From contig CAXTKV010000186.1 in the NCBI GenBank assembly GCA_964244895.1, positions 1-10,240 on the forward strand: 10,240 nt of DNA, given 5' to 3'. The notes below the pieces were generated by a model. It was not told the DNA's origin, made no database searches, and saw only the letters and a program-made list of their open reading frames with translations. Position numbers and translations under genes: made by a program. Shown one piece after another: positions 7,225-10,240 of the stretch; position 1 is the first letter of the stretch; every line of letters starts with the position of its first letter. The DNA is from an uncultured Deinococcales bacterium (GTDB taxonomy: Bacteria; Deinococcota; Deinococci; Deinococcales; JAAFIG01).

Positions 7225-7611
7225 TCATTTCTTGAAAAGGGGTTTCGCGAGTGCTGCCTCAAATCTTTCGATCACCAATTTCGTGGTTGGCAACAGGGTA
7301 CTCGCGAGTTCCCAGCCGTTGATTTGAGGTTCTTCGCCCGCCAGGTCTTCATCGTCGTCCGGTGGCTCGAGCGTACAGACGTGGCAGAAGTGCTCCGGCT
7401 GATCTTGCACGCACCGGCGTTCAGCGCAGTACCGGAGGGGCTCGAGCAGTTCAGTCAGCTCCGTCAGTTCAATATTGAGCAGGTCAGCCAGATCAAAGAC
7501 GGAGGAATGGTAAACCCCCAAAAGTGTGACGATGTTTCCAACGGTCATTCTCGTCCCCTCGAGCCGTGGTGTACCACCACAGACATCAGGCGTACACACC
7601 ACCCGACTCAT
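7225..7611 (-). CDS. DUF433 domain protein with Cys-rich C-terminal extension
   Basis: N-terminal VCTPDVCGGTPRLEGTRMTV matches the DUF433 signature (P....G.P.i.GTR..V). ATGA overlap with the plsC-like stop. Confidence 0.85.
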   Translation of the reverse strand: MSRVVCTPDVCGGTPRLEGTRMTVGNIVTLLGVYHSSVFDLADLLNIELTELTELLEPLRYCAERRCVQDQPEHFCHVCTLEPPDDDEDLAGEEPQINGWELASTLLPTTKLVIERFEAALAKPLFKK

Positions 7612-8213
7612 ATCGATGTCTCTGGTGGGTTCAGCAGCGCTTCGATGGCGTCCATCATGCGTTCCGTCAGTTCTTCCGCTGTGCCCTCGGGTTTGATCGG
7701 CGGGCCGTACTTGATCAGGTAGCGTTTGCCGCCCAGAAACCCGAACCAGTTGGGTTTCATGGTGATGCCCGTCGGAACGATCAGCGCGCCGGATTTGAGC
7801 GCCAGGTAGGCCACGCCGCCGCGCGCGTCCTCGCCGCCGCGATGACCCTGCGGGAACAAGACCAGCAACTGCCCGCCCTTGAGAATCCGCAAGGCCGTCT
7901 TGATCGCGCCCAGATCGGGCTTGCTGCGATCCACCGGGAAGGCGTTCCCGGAATACTGAATCCAGCGCGTCAGGGGCGTGCGGAAGTTCTCTATTTTCGA
8001 CATGAAATGCACGCGCCGGGGCGTGGGCTGCCCGACCGCGAACGGATCGAGGTTGGTCAGGTGATTGGCCGCGATGATGGCCGCGCCCGTGGCGGGGATG
8101 TTGTGCGCATCGATGAATTTCAGACCCAGAAAGCTGATGTAGGCGCGCAACCCGGCCTTGAAGCCATCGTAGTTGCGCGGTGCGTTGGAGAGGTCAGGGT
8201 TCTTGTCGTTCAT
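7608..8213 (-). CDS. plsC: 1-acyl-sn-glycerol-3-phosphate (lysophospholipid) acyltransferase, PlsC family
   Basis: NHLTNLD (HX4D), FMSK, FPVDR, VLFPQG and LIVP blocks; lies downstream of cmk. Confidence 0.88.
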   Translation of the reverse strand: MNDKNPDLSNAPRNYDGFKAGLRAYISFLGLKFIDAHNIPATGAAIIAANHLTNLDPFAVGQPTPRRVHFMSKIENFRTPLTRWIQYSGNAFPVDRSKPDLGAIKTALRILKGGQLLVLFPQGHRGGEDARGGVAYLALKSGALIVPTGITMKPNWFGFLGGKRYLIKYGPPIKPEGTAEELTERMMDAIEALLNPPETSI

Positions 8214-8235
8214 CGCCGGTCATCACTGCGGAGCA

Positions 8236-8913
8236 TCATCGCTTGATGGATTGAATCTGCTCGAGGGCGCTCGCTACGACGGCCTCGAGCGTCAGGTCGG
8301 AGGTGTCCAGCAGCGTTGCGTCCGGCGCGGGACTGGCGTTGATTGCGTCCAGCGCGTCCCTGGCCTCCAGGGCGGCCTGAATCACCGCGAGATCCTCGGG
8401 GCGTTCCGCGACGCGGCGCAGGGCGCGCACGCGAGGGCTGGCCGTCAGGTACAACTTGATGCTGGCGTTCGGGAACGCGACCGTACCCATGTCGCGCCCT
8501 TCGGCCACGAACGGCGGCGACAATTTCTTGATGCAGGTGTTGACCCAGGTGCGCACGCGCACGTGACGGGCCACGGCGCTGACCAGCGCGTCCACGCGAC
8601 TGGAATGTGCGGCCTCGGTGATATCGCGCCCGTCCAACCAGGCGCGGTTGCCGTCAGCCCTCGGCTCGAGAAAAACCTCGCGCCGTTCGAGCAGCCCTAG
8701 AATTGCGGGTTCGTCGCTCACATCGAGGTTCTCCTCGAGTACCGCGACCGTCACCGCCCGGTACAGCAATCCGCTCGAGACGTAGGGCACACCCATCCGC
8801 GCCGCGACTGCCCGCGCGACCGTGGATTTACCGCTCGCCGCCAGTCCGTCGATGGTCACGACGAACCCGCTCGAAGCCATGCCCTGCGCCGCGTCCGACG
8901 AGACCGAAACCAT
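8236..8913 (-). CDS. cmk: Cytidylate kinase
   Basis: VTIDGLAASGKST P-loop; SSGLLYRA, VAEGRDMGTVAFP, KLYLTASPRVRA and LDTSDL motifs. Start is ATG 8913 (9 nt after TATACT) or ATG 8880; the 9126 start in the ORF track crosses the repeats. Confidence 0.95.
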   Translation of the reverse strand: MVSVSSDAAQGMASSGFVVTIDGLAASGKSTVARAVAARMGVPYVSSGLLYRAVTVAVLEENLDVSDEPAILGLLERREVFLEPRADGNRAWLDGRDITEAAHSSRVDALVSAVARHVRVRTWVNTCIKKLSPPFVAEGRDMGTVAFPNASIKLYLTASPRVRALRRVAERPEDLAVIQAALEARDALDAINASPAPDATLLDTSDLTLEAVVASALEQIQSIKR

Positions 8914-8922
8914 AACGGACGG

Positions 8923-8928
8923 AGTATA
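8923..8928 (-). promoter_or_regulatory. -10 box (TATACT) for cmk-plsC-DUF433
   Basis: The minus strand reads TATACT-ccgtccgtt-ATG with no SD. Confidence 0.55.
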
Positions 8929-8996
8929 CAGCCGCGCCGCACGAACCACTCGTGTGCTGACGAGCGTTTTGCGCCCTTCGAGATCGAGCCCGTAAA

Positions 8997-9049
8997 AACA
9001 CCGTCCAGGACGCGTTCGTTTGCGCTCGAGCACGCGCGTCTGGGACGGT
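8997..9049. repeat. Repeat family A imperfect inverted pair
   Basis: aacaccgtccaggacgcg (8997-9014) and cgcgtctgggacggt (9035-9049), with a CTCGAG in the spacer. Confidence 0.8.
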
Positions 9050-9114
9050 CTCCTCTCAAAGCCGATTCCGAGCCGCCTGTAACCTCGAACTATCGCGCGG
9101 CGCACAGGATGCCC

Positions 9115-9120
9115 TATGAT
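9115..9120 (+). promoter_or_regulatory. Putative -10 box (TATGAT) for prs
   Basis: TANNNT about 40 nt upstream of GTG 9160; a G-rich RBS-like run lies just before the start. Confidence 0.4.
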
Positions 9121-9159
9121 GCGCACGAATTCAATTCACCACAACCACCGGGGGGAAAC

Positions 9160-10098
9160 GTGCTGAGTTCGAGCGCCGACATCAAGCTCTTCGCCGGTTC
9201 CGCCAATCCCAGCCTCGCGCGCGGCATCGCCGAATCGCTCGGCACGCGATTGGCGGCCATGACGGTCGGGCGCTTCCCGGACGGCGAAGTCAAGGTTCAC
9301 CTCGAGGAATCCGTGCGCGGCGACGACTGCTACATCGTGCAGTCCACCTGCCCGCCCGTCAACGATCACTTGATGGAAGTGCTCGTGCTGGCGGATGCGC
9401 TGCGCCGCTCGAGCGCGGGCCGGATCAACGCGGTCGTGCCGTATTTTGGGTACGCGCGCCAGGACAAACAGGTCGCCGGGCGCGAGCCGATCACGGCCAA
9501 GCTGGTCAGCAACCTGCTCGTCTCGGCGGGCGTGGAGCGCGTCATCACGGTGGATTTGCACGCGCGCCAGATTCAGGGTTTTTTCGACATTCCCGTGGAC
9601 ATGCTTTCCGCGCTCCGCACGATCGCGGCTTACCTGAAATCCACCAGCATCGAGGATACGATCGTCGTCAGCCCAGACACGGGCCGCAGCGAGGAAGCCC
9701 GGCGCATGGCGGATTTGCTCGAGCTGCCGTTGGCATTGTTGTACAAACGCCGCCGCTCGGACACGGAAACCGAAGTCACCGCCGTCATCGGCGACGTGCG
9801 CGACAAACGCGTGCTCTTGGTCGACGACGTGATCTCGACCGGCGGCACGCTCCGGCGCGCCGTGGAAGCCCTGATCGAATCCGGCGCTCGAGAAGATGTC
9901 CGAATCGCCGCCACGCACCCCGTGCTGGCCGCCGATGCCCGCAGTAAGCTCAGCCATCCCGCAATCAAAGAAGTGATCGTGACCGACACGATCCCGTTGG
10001 GCATGAGCGAACCGTACACGGTGCTGTCCATCGCGCCGTTGCTGGCGTCCGCAATCGCGCACGTTCACATGCACAAATCGGTCAGCGCGCTCTTCTGA
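9160..10098 (+). CDS. prs: Ribose-phosphate pyrophosphokinase (PRPP synthetase)
   Basis: RFPDGE, ESVRG, PYFGYARQDK, DLHARQIQGFFDIPVD, VVSPD and VDDVISTGGT motifs; GTG start after GGGGG. Confidence 0.97.
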   Translation: MLSSSADIKLFAGSANPSLARGIAESLGTRLAAMTVGRFPDGEVKVHLEESVRGDDCYIVQSTCPPVNDHLMEVLVLADALRRSSAGRINAVVPYFGYARQDKQVAGREPITAKLVSNLLVSAGVERVITVDLHARQIQGFFDIPVDMLSALRTIAAYLKSTSIEDTIVVSPDTGRSEEARRMADLLELPLALLYKRRRSDTETEVTAVIGDVRDKRVLLVDDVISTGGTLRRAVEALIESGAREDVRIAATHPVLAADARSKLSHPAIKEVIVTDTIPLGMSEPYTVLSIAPLLASAIAHVHMHKSVSALF

Positions 10099-10103
10099 GC
10101 GGG

Positions 10104-10216
10104 GAACACCGTCCAGTACGGCGTTTCTTGGGGTTTAAGGTTTTGTTTGTGGCACGGCGTCTCGATATTACCTGAAACATGAACACCGCCCAGGGCGTGA
10201 TACCCGGACGGTGTTC
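10104..10216. repeat. Repeat family A: single copy after prs plus an inverted pair
   Basis: gaacaccgtccagtacggcgtttc (10104-10127); gaacaccgcccagggcg (10181-10197) and ccggacggtgttc (10204-10216). Confidence 0.8.
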
Positions 10217-10240
10217 GTGGTGGAGCGGGAGATGAGGTTC

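Noticed and set aside
3155..9159. ORF-track N-terminal extensions of M23 (3155), accD (5004), accA (6115), cmk (9126) and prs (9109)
   Set aside because: The extensions cross repeats or promoter elements; downstream starts have RBS or -10 support and fit the family N-termini.
3212..10074. Long antisense ORFs (3212-4147, 5085-6023, 6052-7161, 7566-8246, 8173-8700, 9136-10074)
   Set aside because: These are shadow frames of well-supported genes, expected in high-GC DNA, and carry no recognisable motifs.
206..10216. Family A repeats as a CRISPR array
   Set aside because: The copies are dispersed, degenerate and in both orientations, with no regular spacers and no cas genes.
206..10216. Family A as the Deinococcus RDRM (DdrO operator) or as integron attC sites
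   Set aside because: RDRM is an AT-rich 17-mer unlike this GC-rich motif. The flanked genes are core housekeeping genes in mixed orientation, and no integrase is present.

Overview
High-GC bacterial window, most likely phylum Deinococcota. This is inferred from the recalled look of the radical SAM, AccD/AccA and Prs proteins and from -10 boxes directly upstream of start codons. Gene order: Uma2-family nuclease (partial, -), 113-aa orphan (-), radical SAM protein (-), membrane protein (+), M23 peptidase plus bactofilin (+), accD and accA (+), DUF433 protein, plsC-like acyltransferase and cmk (-), prs (+). The coding content is mostly housekeeping; the unusual signal is in the DNA itself. (1) A ~21-bp palindromic repeat family (about AACACCGTC-N3-GACGGTGTT) occurs in all eight sizeable intergenic gaps, often as inverted pairs. 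(2) A separate GTAG-headed REP doublet shows a compensatory base change. (3) The palindrome CTCGAG occurs about 40 times by hand count against about 3-4 expected, resembling HIP1. (4) Heptamer tandem arrays flank a repeat pair between accD and accA. (5) Two small accessory genes are tightly coupled to the 3' ends of conserved genes.
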